Part shown: piece after piece, positions 12,795-26,299 of the stretch
Layout of the letters: every line of letters starts with the position of its first letter
How positions within the stretch are numbered: the first letter of the stretch is position 1
Source of the DNA: Chiloscyllium plagiosum
Lineage: Eukaryota
DNA: 64,000 nucleotides
Assembly (NCBI RefSeq): GCF_004010195.1
Contig: NC_057719.1
Coordinates: 77,640,373-77,704,372 of the forward strand
Direction of reading: 5' to 3'
Made by a program: the position numbers and the translations under genes
Notes under the pieces: model-generated
Told to the model about the DNA's origin: nothing
Databases searched by the model: none
The model's input: the letters and a program-made list of their open reading frames with translations, nothing else

Positions 12795-15700
12795 AGATCA
12801 CTTATTTCTGCACCCTATCTTACACCCACGCTACCCCAAGAAATACATTGACTCATTTCCAAAATCAAGAATTTTCAGTTCTTCTTTTTATTGGTCCCTC
12901 CTTAAACCCACAGTCATCCAAACCTTTGCCATTATCCTCTTATCCCATATTAAGTTACCACTCAATGTGACCAATACTCCACCCCTAATCCTTGTTGATC
13001 TAGATTAGTTCTCATTTCTCAAGGTTTGGTATGATTTTTGCACTCATTTGAAAATGCTAGTCTACATTTCTATTCTTACACTCCTTAAATTTCTGTCTGG
13101 CCTCCTCTGTGGTTTTTCTCTCTTTGTAGCATCTTTAATGGCAAAACATTTTACTGTATCAATGTTATATTTAAAAACTTCTTGTCAATGTCCTATGGAT
13201 TACTAACTCCTTTGCATTTTTCAAAACCTTTCCAAAATAAATTTATTAATGTCAGCTTTCAATAATCAGCAATTTTCAGGCATTATTTGCTGCCAATTAC
13301 TCTCCTCCTTTGCACTGAATCTTAGGATATTTTCTACATATTGAGTTGTGTTAAATTTTTCACAACTATTGCTATCTGTTGCTATCCAAAATAATTTCTT
13401 GGCAAGCAGTTTATTTATCTTTGGTTTATTTCACTCCCACACAACTCAGGAGCAAGGTGACTAGTCAATTCAAACTCTGAAAATGTTCATTACTCTCAAG
13501 GTAGCCATAATTATGAATGAAATCCTTGTAGCTAGGATGTAATGAAACTGCCTAAATTTAGTTGATCAATGATGGAACATCATTTGTTCACTACAAGAAC
13601 ATCTCCAGCCATTATTTCATGAGCAGTGCTAGGTGGCTGCACTTCATTACTTGTCTCACATTATAACAATTCAGTAAATTCATTTTGGGAGAGTTGAGTG
13701 ATTTCAATCTATCCTGAGTACAACATTTCAGAAATTATTACAAAGCTTTTAGTGGGTACTGATTGCAAAGAGGAGATATGCAAACATTGAAAAGGTTTAC
13801 AGAGAGAAAAATTTGTTTATACCTGCCATTGCAGCAAGAATATGGTATATACATAACTTACCTTCATTTTTGACTATTTGCAATATTTGTTCTTGTTTGA
13901 CAATTTACAAATGTTTCATGCGTTTAAATCATTTGACTGTTAGCTACAGTTATTTTTTCAGAAGGCATAATTTTAATCTGAGGCTAATGTCTGCAGCTAC
14001 ACATCATGCCACTGACAGACTTCCACATTGAATTGCATAACAGCACTCTGTCTTGTAAATCAGTTTACAAAGTGCTTGGAATAGAAACAGTAGATCAGAA
14101 TATGTATAATAAAAGTAATTACACTTATATAACACTCTTCACATGAAAGTATATTACTGATTTGGATGGTTTAGGGTAGATAGAGCAGAGAAGATATCAT
14201 GTCGCAGATTTCAATGCTATTTTTAGCTCAGAAGGGAAGAGATGCAGGCAGGAATGTGGGTGATGGGATAAGAACATTTAAAAGCCCTGTTCACCAGATT
14301 GGGCAGGAATGCTGGGTTGAGGAAAAGGGATGACATTTCGGTAAATACTTGTAACCTTGTTCAGCGTCGCAAGATTTAACATATCATCATTTATAACAGT
14401 ATATTATATGATGCGTATTGTGCCATTTGGTGGGACCTTTCCCCTTTGTAGACTTGAGGCAACTCTCAGCCTTCCAATTTGCAGCATCCACAACATCCAC
14501 AACAGGGACCCTTCACCAACCAGGTCCCAGAACTGCCATCTGTCCGATAGCATTCCCCACAAACACCCCACAGAAAGTGGCTTTCACTGTCCCTTGGGAT
14601 ACTTGGCAGCTCATCCCTTGGCCCATAGGTACCAGCAGGACTGAGTTCAGCAGTCACCCTATCACCAAGGTGCTGGTCAAAAAGGAGATGCCATCGCGAC
14701 CACAAGGAGCAACCTGCTGAGCAATGGCCTGAATGGATCCTGGAGGTGGTGGCAGTCAGCAAAAAGGGTTGCTGTCAGCTACCACTCCCAGAAAAAGGAT
14801 GCCACCAGGCAGTCACTCAGAAGAAGCATCAGCCTCAGCCTCAGCAGGCAGCCCACTGCTTGATGACTGAATCTGTCCCCAACACAAACAAAATGCAGTG
14901 GCCCCCAGCTCCACAATTGGAGGGTCTTCCATAGGAATATTGAATTTTTCTTTTCTGCTGGAATTTTAAAATTTATTTTAACAGAGATTTCATTTTCCAA
15001 TGTTGGAATTTAGTCATTTCAAGTACAGTAGTTCAACTTAGAGGATACAGCTACACTGTTTTATTATTTTTCTGCTAAGAATGTCCTATAGAACTTAGTT
15101 TGTGGGAATCAAAGCTTTACTTCAAATATTTTCACTTAAAGGTGCAATTAACAGGAATGCAACCCTGACTTTACACAAGGACTGAGTGACCGCTAAACTG
15201 GGCTTGATGCATGTAAAGACATAGATGGCAAGGTTTTGGATGACCTCAAATTCATGGAGGGAAGATTGGTTGGCTAGCCAGATGCTGACTCCAGTAGCCA
15301 AGCCTAGAAGGAACAAAAACATGAGCGAGTGTTCTGGGTAGGTGAGTGAGCTGCGGGATGACATTTGGCATTATTTCAGAAGTGGAAATGAGTGATCTTA
15401 ATGCGGGTGTTGATGTATGACCAGAGCTCATCTCAGAATCAAATTGGTCCCCAAGGCTGTAAACAGTCTGGTTTCTTTACCTTGTAAGGAAAAGGAATAG
15501 AATTGATGGCTTGGGAGTGGAGTTTCCCTGGAGCCTAAACGCAATGACTTTCGTCTTCCCAATATTTAATTACTGGAGATTTCTGCTCACTCAGTACTGG
15601 GTTAAAGCTTCACTGGCTGAAGAATTGAAATAAGGAGGCAATCAATCTATAATCTAGCGTTGACCAATAGTGACTGATGGGATGACCTGGACATTCCAAA

Positions 15701-16924
15701 GAGTGACAATCACAGCTGGATTGATGTTAATACTGAGCTCCACAAATCTAGCTGAGAATTCCTTCAGAAATGCTGAGTACAGCTAAAATCAAACTCCCCC
15801 CAAGTGCCAGATGGTTGGAGGACCTCAAAACATATCTCCTTTTACAGCAGTCACTTGCCGTGTGCTAAGACCTAAACATCCAGTAGCGCAGTAGACACTT
15901 GGACAGCTGCTGTGAGTGGGTAAGTGCATAAAGTGAGTGTTGAATTAGGGTGTTTATGGATTAAGAGATTTGGGTCCAAGTGGACCAGATGCTTTTGTGA
16001 GTTATTAGGATAGTGCCAAGTGGTTTGGTCGACAGATACATAGAGTCCAGGTAAGTAGGGTGCCAGTTGGGTAGGCTGCTACTTTGGTGGGTGAAGTGCT
16101 AGGTTATATTTGGAGTACTTTGGGTAGGTCATCATGCATGGGTCAAGGCCAGCCCAGGGTGGGGGTGGCACTGGCTATCAGTGGGTACAGGGCTCAGAGG
16201 CAATGTGGGATTCTTAGTCTGACAACATGCTGGTGACACGATGGGCCAGAGATTGTTACCACCCAATAAAGTCTGAAGGGATGCCTAAATGCCTAACGGA
16301 ATGAAGGAATACATGATGAATATATTAATTCAGGATAATAGGGTAAATAAATGTGGAGAGATAGTAATCGGTTGTGATTTTATGGTCAACTGAAATAAAT
16401 CTCTCCATAAAAAGTGTGGTCATGAGCTCTGATAGAAGACAGCTACCTTCTGGTGTCTAACAAAGGGTTTTAAATTCTGCAACTTCAGGGAAGTGGAGGG
16501 TCCCTGGAAGTGAGGTAGAGTGAGGCAGTGTTGGGGAATCATGTTGAATTTAAGTAGCTGGGGAGGTTTGGTCAGAGGAATGTGATCATGGGTCCTGGAG
16601 TGTAAGGGATTGAGGATGGTGCAGTTGCAGTTATATGTGGTAGGTCAACTGGCGTAGGTGGGGGAGGAGGAAGGGAGGGTGCAGTCAGCTTAATACTTAC
16701 CCAAGAGTTAGTCTAACTGTTTAATTGTTTAACCTTTTCTGAGTATTCTTAACAGAAGTGGAGCCACCTGAATTCTCCAATGCAAAGGTTGTTTTTGGAG
16801 AGTTTCAAATGCACAGGAATTGCTGATCAGAATCTTCAACTTCCTGGATAATTCCCATATGTCTGGGATCCTACAGGGTCCTGACACATAATTCTAGCTT
16901 GCGCTGCTCTAATGACTATCTGCA

Positions 16925-17496
16925 TCAAGATGTCATGTTGCAGGATGTTGATGAGGCCACTTTTGGAGTACTATGTACAGTTCTGGTCACCCAGCTATCG
17001 GCAGGAGCTTATTACATTGGCGAGCGTACAGAACAGATTTACAAGAATGTTACTGTGACTGGAGGGTTTGAGTTATGGATAGGCTTGACAAGAAGGGACT
17101 TTTTTCACTGGAGCATAGAAGGTTGAGGGGTAACCTAATAGAGGTTTATAACATCATGAGATGTATAGATAAGGTGAATAGCAAAGGTTTTTTTCCCTGG
17201 GGCTTGGGAGTTCAAAACTAGAAGCATAGTTTTAAGGTGAGAGGAGAAAGATTTAAAAGGGATTTTTTCACACAGATAGTGGTTCATTTGTGCAATGAAC
17301 TGCCAGCGGAAGTGATAGATGTAGATACAGTGACAACATTTAAAAGGTATTTAGGCAAATATATGAATAGGAAAGGTTTAAAAGAATATGGGCCAAATGC
17401 CGGCAAGTGGGACTAGTGTAGTTGGGAAACTTGGTTGGTATGAACGGGTTGGTCCGATGGGTCTGTTTCTGTGCTGATACATTCTATGACCCCATG
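16925..17496 (+). mobile_element. CR1 3' fragment
   Basis: GGCCACTTTTGGAGTACTATGTACAGTTCTGGTCACC...GGTCTGTTTCTGTGCTG..CTATGAC. Confidence 0.9.
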
Positions 17497-18309
17497 TAGA
17501 TGAGAAGTAACCTTAGGTTTAAGCATCTTGGGGTTAAGCAAAACATCAAATTTCAGCCCAATCTAGTTTAGGCTGTGTGAGCATCTGATATATTGATGCA
17601 ATTGTAACCAGAAGAGGAATTGGAGCAATAATAGTTGATGGTATGAGAGATAAAATCAGGTGCTATTAGCATACTTATGAAAGCTGAGTGAAAAATTGTG
17701 TTTCTTTTCACCAGGGAGTAAGTTGTGCACAATAAACAATTACAAAAGCATTTGTTTCAGTTCAAGCTACATGTATGCAAGGACAGACTGAAGAGCTATA
17801 GACGCTCAGTCTGAAGTAAGTTGGAAAGATCAATGCATGGAGGTTATTTGAGTGTCACTCTCAAAGCCTAACTGATTAGGCAAGAGATAGGACAAATAAA
17901 ATCTGTAGTGAATACAGTCCTTCGGACTATTTTTAGTTGCTTTTATATTTCTCCTGAGACAAATGAGAAAACGTGAGCAATGTGGATGATATATCAAGCT
18001 GATGGCAATTGATCCAAGGGAGACAGTTCAGAGATTAAAAAGCGCGTTGACTAAAAACAGGCAAGATATTAGAATGGAACTTAATACAGTAAAGTATAAA
18101 GTACTGCACATTGAAAGAAATATCAACAACATTAAGTCAGATGTGAATTGTGCCAAAATAGCTTAACATGAAGCCAGAAAAACTTTAAGGTTTTGAATGG
18201 TCTTGGCATTCACCATAGCAGACCAGTAATCAAGAGAGTGGAAAGTTAAATTGGAGGGGGTTAATCCTTTATCAGTCCTCCAGGAATGGTACTTTCTCTT
18301 CATTTACAT

Positions 18310-19160
18310 TATTATGATCCCAGCTAATCATAATACTGGACAAGTCATATCCCAGTGTGAAATCAGGTTCAATAGACCGTATGTTTTATTTTAGCAATTT
18401 GTTTACCGTGATGGTCAGTTACTGGTCATATTCACAAGAGGACACCAATATACTTTAAACAAATGAACACATGAATTTATTATGCAGTGAATAAGTATGT
18501 ATAATATTACACCATAGAAAACTTATTTGAAGTGGTCTTACATCAAATATCTGATATAAAGATTAAATCCTTTTACCTTCTCCAGAATCTCACAGATATT
18601 CAAACCTCAGTGAAGAGTCATATTGTTACATGTTCAGTGGAAACAGCTGGAATTGTTGTTTCCTCTGTATTCATACAATGCTATTACTTTCTGAGACCAT
18701 GAAACAGACTGTTAACACAGTTGATTTATTTCTTAACTGGAGTTCCTGAAACACCTCTTCCATGGCATTCAGTTTCTGGAGATTTTCTGTTACTGACGTT
18801 AAGTGACTTGGAACTTATTTTCTTCTGCCCGAACCGTTTCAGAGACTGTGAAACTGCATTTCTGCTGAGACAGGGTTCTTTTCTCCCTGAATGACCTGCT
18901 TCACTCTCTGAAAGTAACCTGCACACAATCTAAACAAATAGATTGCTTTGTGTTTCTAAAAGTGCTATGAGCCAGGCATCTTAAGCTGTGGACGCAAAGT
19001 GCAAAAAGGCAAGGCAAGGTAATGCAAGGCAGGATGTTATGAGCATCTACGTAGCTAAGTGTGAGTGTTATGAGAGGAAGCAAAGGGCCCAGAGATGCTG
19101 AATGTCCCTGAGCACAGAGTCCTTGCAGCAGCATTACAATGAATAGCTGCAGTGCACCCC
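18310..19160. mobile_element. Possible solo LTR (may resume at 20155-20566 after the CR1 insertion)
   Basis: Starts TATTATGATCCCAGC, like a degenerate TGTTATGA LTR end; a possible far end is TTCATCACA at 20558-20566. No TSD was found. Confidence 0.25.
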
Positions 19161-20153
19161 AGATGTAGCATTTAAGTGCGTTTTGGAAAGTCAAATCAGA
19201 GCGGGACTTATATACTAGAGAAAGTGAGGACTGCAGATGCTGGAGATCAGAATTGAAAGTGTGGTGCTGGAAAAGCACAGCAGGTCAGGCAGCATTTGAG
19301 GAGTAGGAGAATCGACATTTTGGGAATCAGATTCCTGATGAAGGGCTTATGCCCAAAACATCGATTCTCCTGCTTCCAGCACCACACTCAGGACTTATAC
19401 ACTTAATGGTAAGGTCCTAGGGAGCGTTGCTGGACAAAGAGACCTTGGAGAGCAGGTTCGTAGCTCCTTGAAAGTAGAGTCGAAGGTAGATAGGATAGTG
19501 AAGGTGGTGTTTGGTATGCTTTCCATTATTGGTCAGAGCATTGAGTATAGGAGTGGGAGGTCATGTTGCAGCTGTACAGGACATTAGTTAGATCACTTTT
19601 GGAATATTGTGTACAATTCTAGTCTCCCTCCTATCAGAAGGATGGTGTGAAATGAGAGAAGGTTCAGAAAAGATTTACAAGAATGTTTAAGGGTTGGAGT
19701 GTTTGAGCTACAGGGAGAGGCTGAATAGGCTAGAGCTGTTTTCCCTGGAGCATTGGAGGCTGAGGAGGTGACCTTATAGAGATTTATAAGAATATTATGG
19801 CCATGGATAGGATAAATAGACAAGGTCTTTTCCCTGGGTTAGCAAGAGGTGGGGGAGTCCTGAACTAGAGGGCATAGGTTTAGGGTAAGAGTGGTAAGAT
19901 TTAAAAGGGACCTAAGGGACAACCTTTTCACATAGTGGGTGGTGCATTTATACAATGAGCTACCAGACAAAGTGATGGAAGCTGGTTCAATTACAACATT
20001 TAAAAGACACCTGGATGTATATGAATAGGAAGGGTTGAGAGGGAAATGGGCCAAATGCTGGCAAATGGGACTAGATGAGGTTAGGATATCTGGTCAGTGT
20101 GGACAGGTTGGACGGAAGGGTCTGTTTCCATGCTGTACATTTCTGTGACTCTA
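19160..20153 (+). mobile_element. 5'-truncated CR1 LINE interrupted by a PLE fold-back insertion
   Basis: Collinear with 3950-4740; tail TTCTGTGACTCTA. Confidence 0.92.
19217..19390. mobile_element. Penelope-derived fold-back terminus with degenerate hammerhead
   Basis: Same sequence as the PLE end at 31769-31900. TSD GGACTTATA(T/C)ACT at 19204-19216 and 19391-19403. CTGATGA-A-GGGC TTAT GCCC-AAAA-CA-TC at 19335-19362. Confidence 0.85.
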
Positions 20154-21082
20154 AGTGACCTCTATATAGATTGAACATGTCCCGTGACATTTCTTAGAGG
20201 CCGAGGCATATCGGATGCCAAGTCTTTAGATGTGAGTGCATCTGACTGGTGCCATGAAGCTTGCCTTAAAATGTTGGTAATTGCCACTGTCCATTGATGA
20301 TTTTGCCATGTCACTTGTGAAAAGCATAAAAAAAGGCACAAGTTGTTCCTATATCAAGATGGGCCTTACTACGTTTCTTGCCTGATTCTGTCACACATCT
20401 CACCATAATTCACGTCACTCAGACACCTATAAGATTCCACTCTAACCCTTTCCTTCTTAATCAAAACAATACAAAAATATCAATCAAGCCTAATCCTCTG
20501 CATAATTTCTGCACTTTAGAAGGGAGGTTTCCATACAATAGCAAAATATTTTGAACCTTCATCACATGCCCATTGTATGGGCAAAATGATTTACAAAGAT
20601 GTATAAACATGCAAATTGGGGGCAAGAATATTCCTCTTGGAACATTAAGCTTGTTCTGCCATTTTAAGAAATCAGCATTGATTACTCCACATTCCCACCT
20701 ATTCCCAATAACCTTACAGCCCCTTGTCTACCAAGAATATTTCCCATTCCTCACAGCTACCTCTCTTCTCATGCTGCCAGCAGCCTCTGTGTTCAGCAGG
20801 GACCAAACTTTATTATGTTAAGAGCATATGGTGCAGCCAGCATTTTCTTCCTACAAACAGTCTATCTCTTAAAGAGGAGCTGCAGTGAACCATATTGCTG
20901 GAATTTCAAACATGACAAATGGCACACCAAAACAGAGAAAGTTCCAGGATGATGCATATGACATAGGAGACAATAGTGTTAGAGGAGATATGCCATTGCT
21001 CCACAGTGAAGACCCTCAGATATCTCTGTAAGTTGTACGATAGTTGAGTATTTAATTATATTCGGGTAGTGAGCATTAATTA

Positions 21083-21495
21083 GGGCTCTTATGTATAGTG
21101 GCAGTAAGGGGCATTGGGCCAGAAGACCTGGGTTCAATGTGTTTAGACCTGTTCCAGAAGTGTGCTGTAACATGTCTAAATAGGTTAATTAAAAAACTAC
21201 TTCCAACTTCATATTTGTGGGCTCTCTGTGGTGCAGTGGTAATGTCCCTACACCTTAACCAGGATGCCAAGGTCAAGTCCCACTTGCTCCAGAGGTGTGT
21301 GCAATAACATCTCTGAACAGATTGATTAGAAAAATATGTAAAGAAAGGAAAAATATTTAAAATGTATAGTGACAAAGAGAGGTTCTTGTGGGATAATAAT
21401 AGTGTCCCTACCTCTGAGTGAGGAGGTCTTGGTTCAAGTCCCATCTGTTCTAGAGGCGTGTAATAACATTTCTGAACTGGTTCATTAGAAAGTAT
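21083..21495 (+). repeat. Three head-to-tail diverged tRNA-derived units of about 115 bp
   Basis: Units start at 21083, 21219 and 21381. They show A-box-like TGGTGCAGTGG, B-box-like GGTTCAAGTCCC and the common tail CCAGAGGTGTG..ATAACATCTCTGAACAG.TTGATTAGAAAA. Confidence 0.75.
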
Positions 21496-21823
21496 CTGTA
21501 TATTAACAGTTTGGTATTCTTGCATTCCTCTAGTGGGTTCTGCACATACATTAAACAGTTGGAAAACAGGTGATTTATTAATATTAATAAATGTTAATTG
21601 ATGAAAATTGCCATGAGTGATTTGGTGTTGGGATAAGCCCTTTGATTGTGTGATAACACTTCACTTATATGAAAAAAAGTATTGTATAGTAACAGTCTGA
21701 AACTGTTTGGTTGGGAGTTGCATGTTTGTAAGTCTGTTTCTGTAAATAAAAATGTGAGCACGTGTATGTTTGGTTCCAGTTCTATTTGTTTACTGTCTGG
21801 TAATAGAACACTACTTTCAGAAT

Positions 21824-22028
21824 CAAAAAGTGTGGCGCTGGAAAAACACAGCCAGTCAGGCAGCATCTGAGGAGCAGGAGAGTGGATGTTTTGAGCATGA
21901 GCTCTTTATCAGGAATGTCGAAATGTCGACTCTCCTGCTCCTAGGATGCTGCCTGACCGGCTGTGCTTTTCCAGCGCCATGCTCTTTGACTCTGATTCCA
22001 GCATCTGCAGTTCTCACTTTCTATCCCG
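21824..22028. mobile_element. Penelope-derived fold-back terminus
   Basis: Arms GGCGCTGGAAAAACACAGCCAGTCAGGCAGCATC and GATGCTGCCTGACCGGCTGTGCTTTTCCAGCGCC. Short direct repeat TTCAGAAT at 21816-21823 and 22029-22036. Confidence 0.85.
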
Positions 22029-22142
22029 TTCAGAATGGAATATAAGTAGCTAGCTAGGGAGTCTGGTTATGAGGAACTGGCAACAGTGCTCCAAGATGGC
22101 TAATAGCTTTATTCCAATGGTCAAAGTCAGTTAATGCATCTG

Positions 22143-22401
22143 ATTAGATTAGATTAGATTATTAGATTACATTACAGTGTGGAAACAGGCCCTTCGGCCC
22201 AACAAGTCCACACCGACCCGCCGAAGCGCAACCCACCCATACTCCTACATTTACCCCTTACCTAACACTACGGGCAATTTAGCATGGTCAATTCACCTGA
22301 CCTGCACATCTTTGGACTGTGGGAGGAAACCGGAGCACCCGGAGGAAACCCACGCAGACACGGGGAGAACGTGCAAACTCCACACAGTCAGTCGCCCGAG
22401 G
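22143..22401 (-). mobile_element. HE1-type V-SINE (young, 5'-truncated)
   Basis: V-domain TGTGTGGAGTTTGCACGTTCTCCCCGTGTCTGCGTGGGTTTCCTCCGGGTGCTCCGG on -, (AATCT)n tail, CpGs retained. Confidence 0.92.
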
Positions 22402-22574
22402 TGTTTCACAACATCAGGAGAATAGCAAAGCTTGTGATGCGGGCCGATAGAAGTTGTCCCACCCCAGAATACTACCTTTTGAAATCCAAGGTTCAGTGTA
22501 AACTAAGAAAACATTTGAGCAGCCATTCACTTACTGCAAGCCAGGAGGTCTCATCAGCTCCAACTACGCCCACA

Positions 22575-23275
22575 CAACGGAAGAAGAGTAGGCCATTCAG
22601 CCTCTTGAGCCTGTTCCACCATTCAATGAGATCATGGCTGATCTGTAGCCCAGTTTCATATATTTGCCTTTGGCCATGTCCCTTCATACCTTTGCTTAAC
22701 AGAAAATGATCTATCTCATATTTAAAATTAACAACTATCCAGCATCCACTGCTGTTTATGAGGAGAGTTCTAATCATCTACCACTCTTTGTGTGTAAAAG
22801 TGCTTCCTAACATCTCTTTTGAATGGTCTGACTCTAATTGACAGACGATGCACCTAGTTCTAGAATCCTAAAACAGTGGCATTGTTCATCTCTATCTACC
22901 CTGTATTTTCCTGTTAATACCTTGAAGGCTTTGATGAGGTCACCCCTTATCTTTCTGAATTCTAGAGAAAATGGGGGTGTCTGTATAATATCTCCTTATA
23001 AGTCAATCTTTGAAGTCCGATTATTATTTGTCTAAACCTATGTTGTACTCCCTCCAAAGCTAATGTATCCGTCTTAAGATCTGGTGCCTAGGTCCACTCA
23101 CAGTACTCCAAGTGGGGCCTAACCAGGGTTTTGTATAACTCAAGCATAGCTTCTGCATCCTTGTACTCGAGTCCTCCAGATATGAAGGCCAGAATTCTAT
23201 TAGCTTTCTCGATTATTTTCTGTACTTGTTTGTGATATTTTAAAGATCAATGCACCCAAACCCTCAAGTCTCCCA
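22575..23275 (-). mobile_element. CR1 LINE 3' part (older subfamily)
   Basis: AGTAGGCCATTCAGCCTCTTGAGCCTGTTCCACCATTCAATGAGATCATGGCTGATCT and CACAGTACTCCAAGTGGGGCCTAACCAG are reverse-complement CR1 3' UTR and ORF2 sequence. Confidence 0.85.
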
Positions 23276-23289
23276 GGGATATCTCAGAG

Positions 23290-25180
23290 AAGACAGTGAG
23301 TGGCTCCAGAGTTTTGTAGTGCCTTGCTGCAAGTTCTCAAGGCCGCTCACAAAAAACAACTCTCTGACTTGGAGATGGTAGCAAGAGCCCTCCTGTGGTA
23401 AGATAAGGTCCACACTCAACTGATTGAATCTTAAAAGGTTTTATTAAACACGACTACTTACAAGGTATGGTAAGAGAGAACATCTTTTGGAATCTTAGAA
23501 AATTAATCTCCAGTTCCACATGATTTGATATTACTATGACATAGCTCCTTCTGCACATGCTTTGTAGCTACTATGAGATTAATGGTATAATTAACCCTTT
23601 AATGCACCATCCCATCAAACCACGCTGACCTGGATGAAGGTAGCAGTGGAGGTTAGCACCCCTGTGGAGACGACTACCTGGCTGCAGTGCAGGAACAAGT
23701 TAGATGATTTCTTATGCTCTACAATAAGTTGCACCATAGGAGTTTCACACAGTCTAACTGTGCCTGTATTGAGGCATGTCATAGAAGAGGATCACATGCA
23801 AGTCTGCAGTAAATGAATTAAGTGCACTGGATGCGTGAAAGCCACGTCATGTTGTCAATGTTTGACGAGGCTCAGAAGCTGTGATGATTATGCATGCTTC
23901 AGAATTGCTTATTCACCTATTGAAATTAACGCTGATCTTTCTCTTTGTCTGTCTGCAAAAGAAGATTATTCATAACTGGAGGGAGTGGTCCAAATCCACT
24001 GGAAAGGTGCCACTCTACCAGATATATGAATCCTCACCTTTTTCAAGGAAGACGTTGCAGAGCTGAAAGTGAAGGATTATGATCTGTTCTGTGTAGATGT
24101 AGAGATAACTCTTTCATAGGAAGCTCATGAAAATGCCTCCAGTCTGTTGTTGTCAGATGTGTGAACAGAGAGAACATTGTTTCGATAAGGGAATTTGCAT
24201 ATTCAGCAGCTAATTGTTTTTCTTCTCTACTACAGGTACTAGAAAAGAACAGATAGTCTCACCCCCACACATCCTCCTCGAGTTATACTTAAATTCCAGC
24301 TCTGGCATTTCTAGGGAGGATGTCTCCTAACTCTCAGAGGAAGCACAGCACTTCACTCAACTGCACTCTCCACTGGCACAGATTCATTGAGCTCTGTTGA
24401 CATGCTATCTAGTTTAGGCTCTGAGACACAGTCTGAATAGTACAGAATAGTATAGTCCACAGCCTTCAGAAGAAGCAACAACAGAGGTCACTGATATTCT
24501 GGAGACCAAGTTGCTGCTAAGTCTCATGTAAACGATGAGCTTCTAGATGAGACCCATTGGTGATGCAGAGATAGTTTGAGGAAAATTAGGCAGTAGCATG
24601 GTGCAGACTACCATAAAAGTTGGAAAGGCCATCCATGCTTTATCTGATGTCATGGCTCTGCTGTGTAAGTGCCTGGCTGTCTCCATGAAAACAATAGTGG
24701 TTGCCTTGAAGACTCAGGTCCAAAAGAATACATAGTGACTTTCAGTTATGAACTTGGTTCTGCTTTCCATTGCTGTAGCTATGGGTGCTCTGCATCTGAT
24801 AAGAGTGAGAAGAGAATAAGATACTTTGAACATCCTCCAGGCAGCACTTCACCTCAAGGTGCAAGGGAGATGCCTTTGGGCACACGTAGACAGGAGCAGT
24901 GCTGACCAGGGACACCAAAATCTTTATTTTAGAATATTTCAGAGGTGCCCTGATACCCAACCTCCACTCTGCCAGTGACTTCTTCACATATGGAAAATCA
25001 CACTGAGGAGGGTACACCTACCTTTGTACAGAAGACACTTAGCAGATCCTGGGCCCCATGAGGATGCCCACCAATGTCATCACAGTCAACAATGTGGAAG
25101 CCTATAGGCTGCTACCACCTCAGCTGTGGATGTCAGAGTTGCATCTAGGTGTAGTCATAGCTAAAGAAAAATAAAATGCA
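23290..25180 (+). pseudogene. Harbinger Myb/SANT-like DNA-binding gene (NAIF1/MSANTD-like), decayed, apparently intron-containing
   Basis: VAPEFCSALLQVLKAAH (about 23300), WMKVAVEVSTPVETTTWLQCRNKLDDFLCS (23631-23720), then after an intron-like gap QKKIIHNWREWSKSTG (about 23955-24000). These match the APRF/W..VA/T..QCRKK..DL/K.AHN.RE..KTGGG pattern of Harbinger Myb proteins. Confidence 0.75.
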
Positions 25181-26299
25181 TATGTGTAATGCAGGAGTTC
25201 AATTAATGTATATAGTTTGCACTTTTATAAATATATGTTCACTTACACTCCTTATGCACTTGTTGTAGCTTCATTGAACAGGTAGATTTTGATATAACTG
25301 GTGGATTAGAAGACATTGAGCATTTTTCCACACCAAAATGTGATGATGGTCTTCTATCAAGAGATTGTTTATTGTTTTACATCATTAGTAATGTGTCTGC
25401 CCCATGGGGGTGGTTCTACTAAAGTGAAGGAGAGGACAGATTGTAGCAAAGGCTTGTGAGACTGACTGCAGGGACATTGAGATTGTTTAATGAAGTGAGA
25501 GTGAGGAGATTGGGCCTGAAGCATAAAGAAATTTGAGAGGGCTCTACAGGAAGGATCTTTCCCCTGACTGGAGCCTCCAGAACTGGGCAAGCAGTTTCAT
25601 AATAACAGTCAATCAATATATGATAGGATGTAGAGAGCATCATTTGCTTGAGGGGCAGGGATGGTTATATTGTGTAGCAGTTTCTTGCCCAGAGTATAGT
25701 GGAGATACAGTCCCTGAATATGCTCAATTAATATAATGTGAGATTTCTAGAACAAATAAGACACAGAGCTATAGGCATAATAAGGGAATAGGGCAATGAG
25801 TTGGATCAGCCATGAGCAAGGAAAGGATGCTGAAGGGTGCAATTGACCTATTCTTGCTCCTCTTTCCTACAACCCTGTCTTCTTAGATTTGCCTTATTAA
25901 GTTCTCAGTAAATTGCAGCAGGCATCCAAACTGATATAAGACAGTATGTGCTCTTCAGGTTGGCATGCATATGGGCTTGCTTGAGCCAAGGGCCATAAAT
26001 ACATCTGTTTCCAAGACCCTGAGGCCATGGGAGTGGGCGATGTTATGCAGATATTGGTGTGGGCTTTTGGTGGAAAGGTTAGATCTTTCTACACTGATTA
26101 GTGCATATAAGGCTTGTCACTGTCAGCAGTGCTAAACTAAAACAGGACATTTTATTTAAGGAAACAAAAACTGATGTAACTGAAATAACTCAATGACGTA
26201 TGTCCCAAATTGGAAACTGGCTCCCAGTGAGCTGATTTAAAAAAAAACAAAAGTAACAGTAGTTAATTTGCCCTGGATCTGATAGCTATAAGGTTGGCA

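Noticed and set aside
14357..15000. Cluster of ORFs in a moderately GC-rich patch
   Set aside because: No recognisable protein motif or consistent splice signals; probably a decayed transposon interior.
21083..21495. CRISPR-like or true tRNA gene array
   Set aside because: Eukaryotic context; units are long and diverged with no identical repeats and no convincing cloverleaf or T-run terminator.
21824..22028. Fold-back elements as DNA-transposon MITEs or conserved miRNA hairpins
   Set aside because: Arms are asymmetric, TSDs are long and variable, and the sequence equals the terminus of the coding PLE at 31769-31900.
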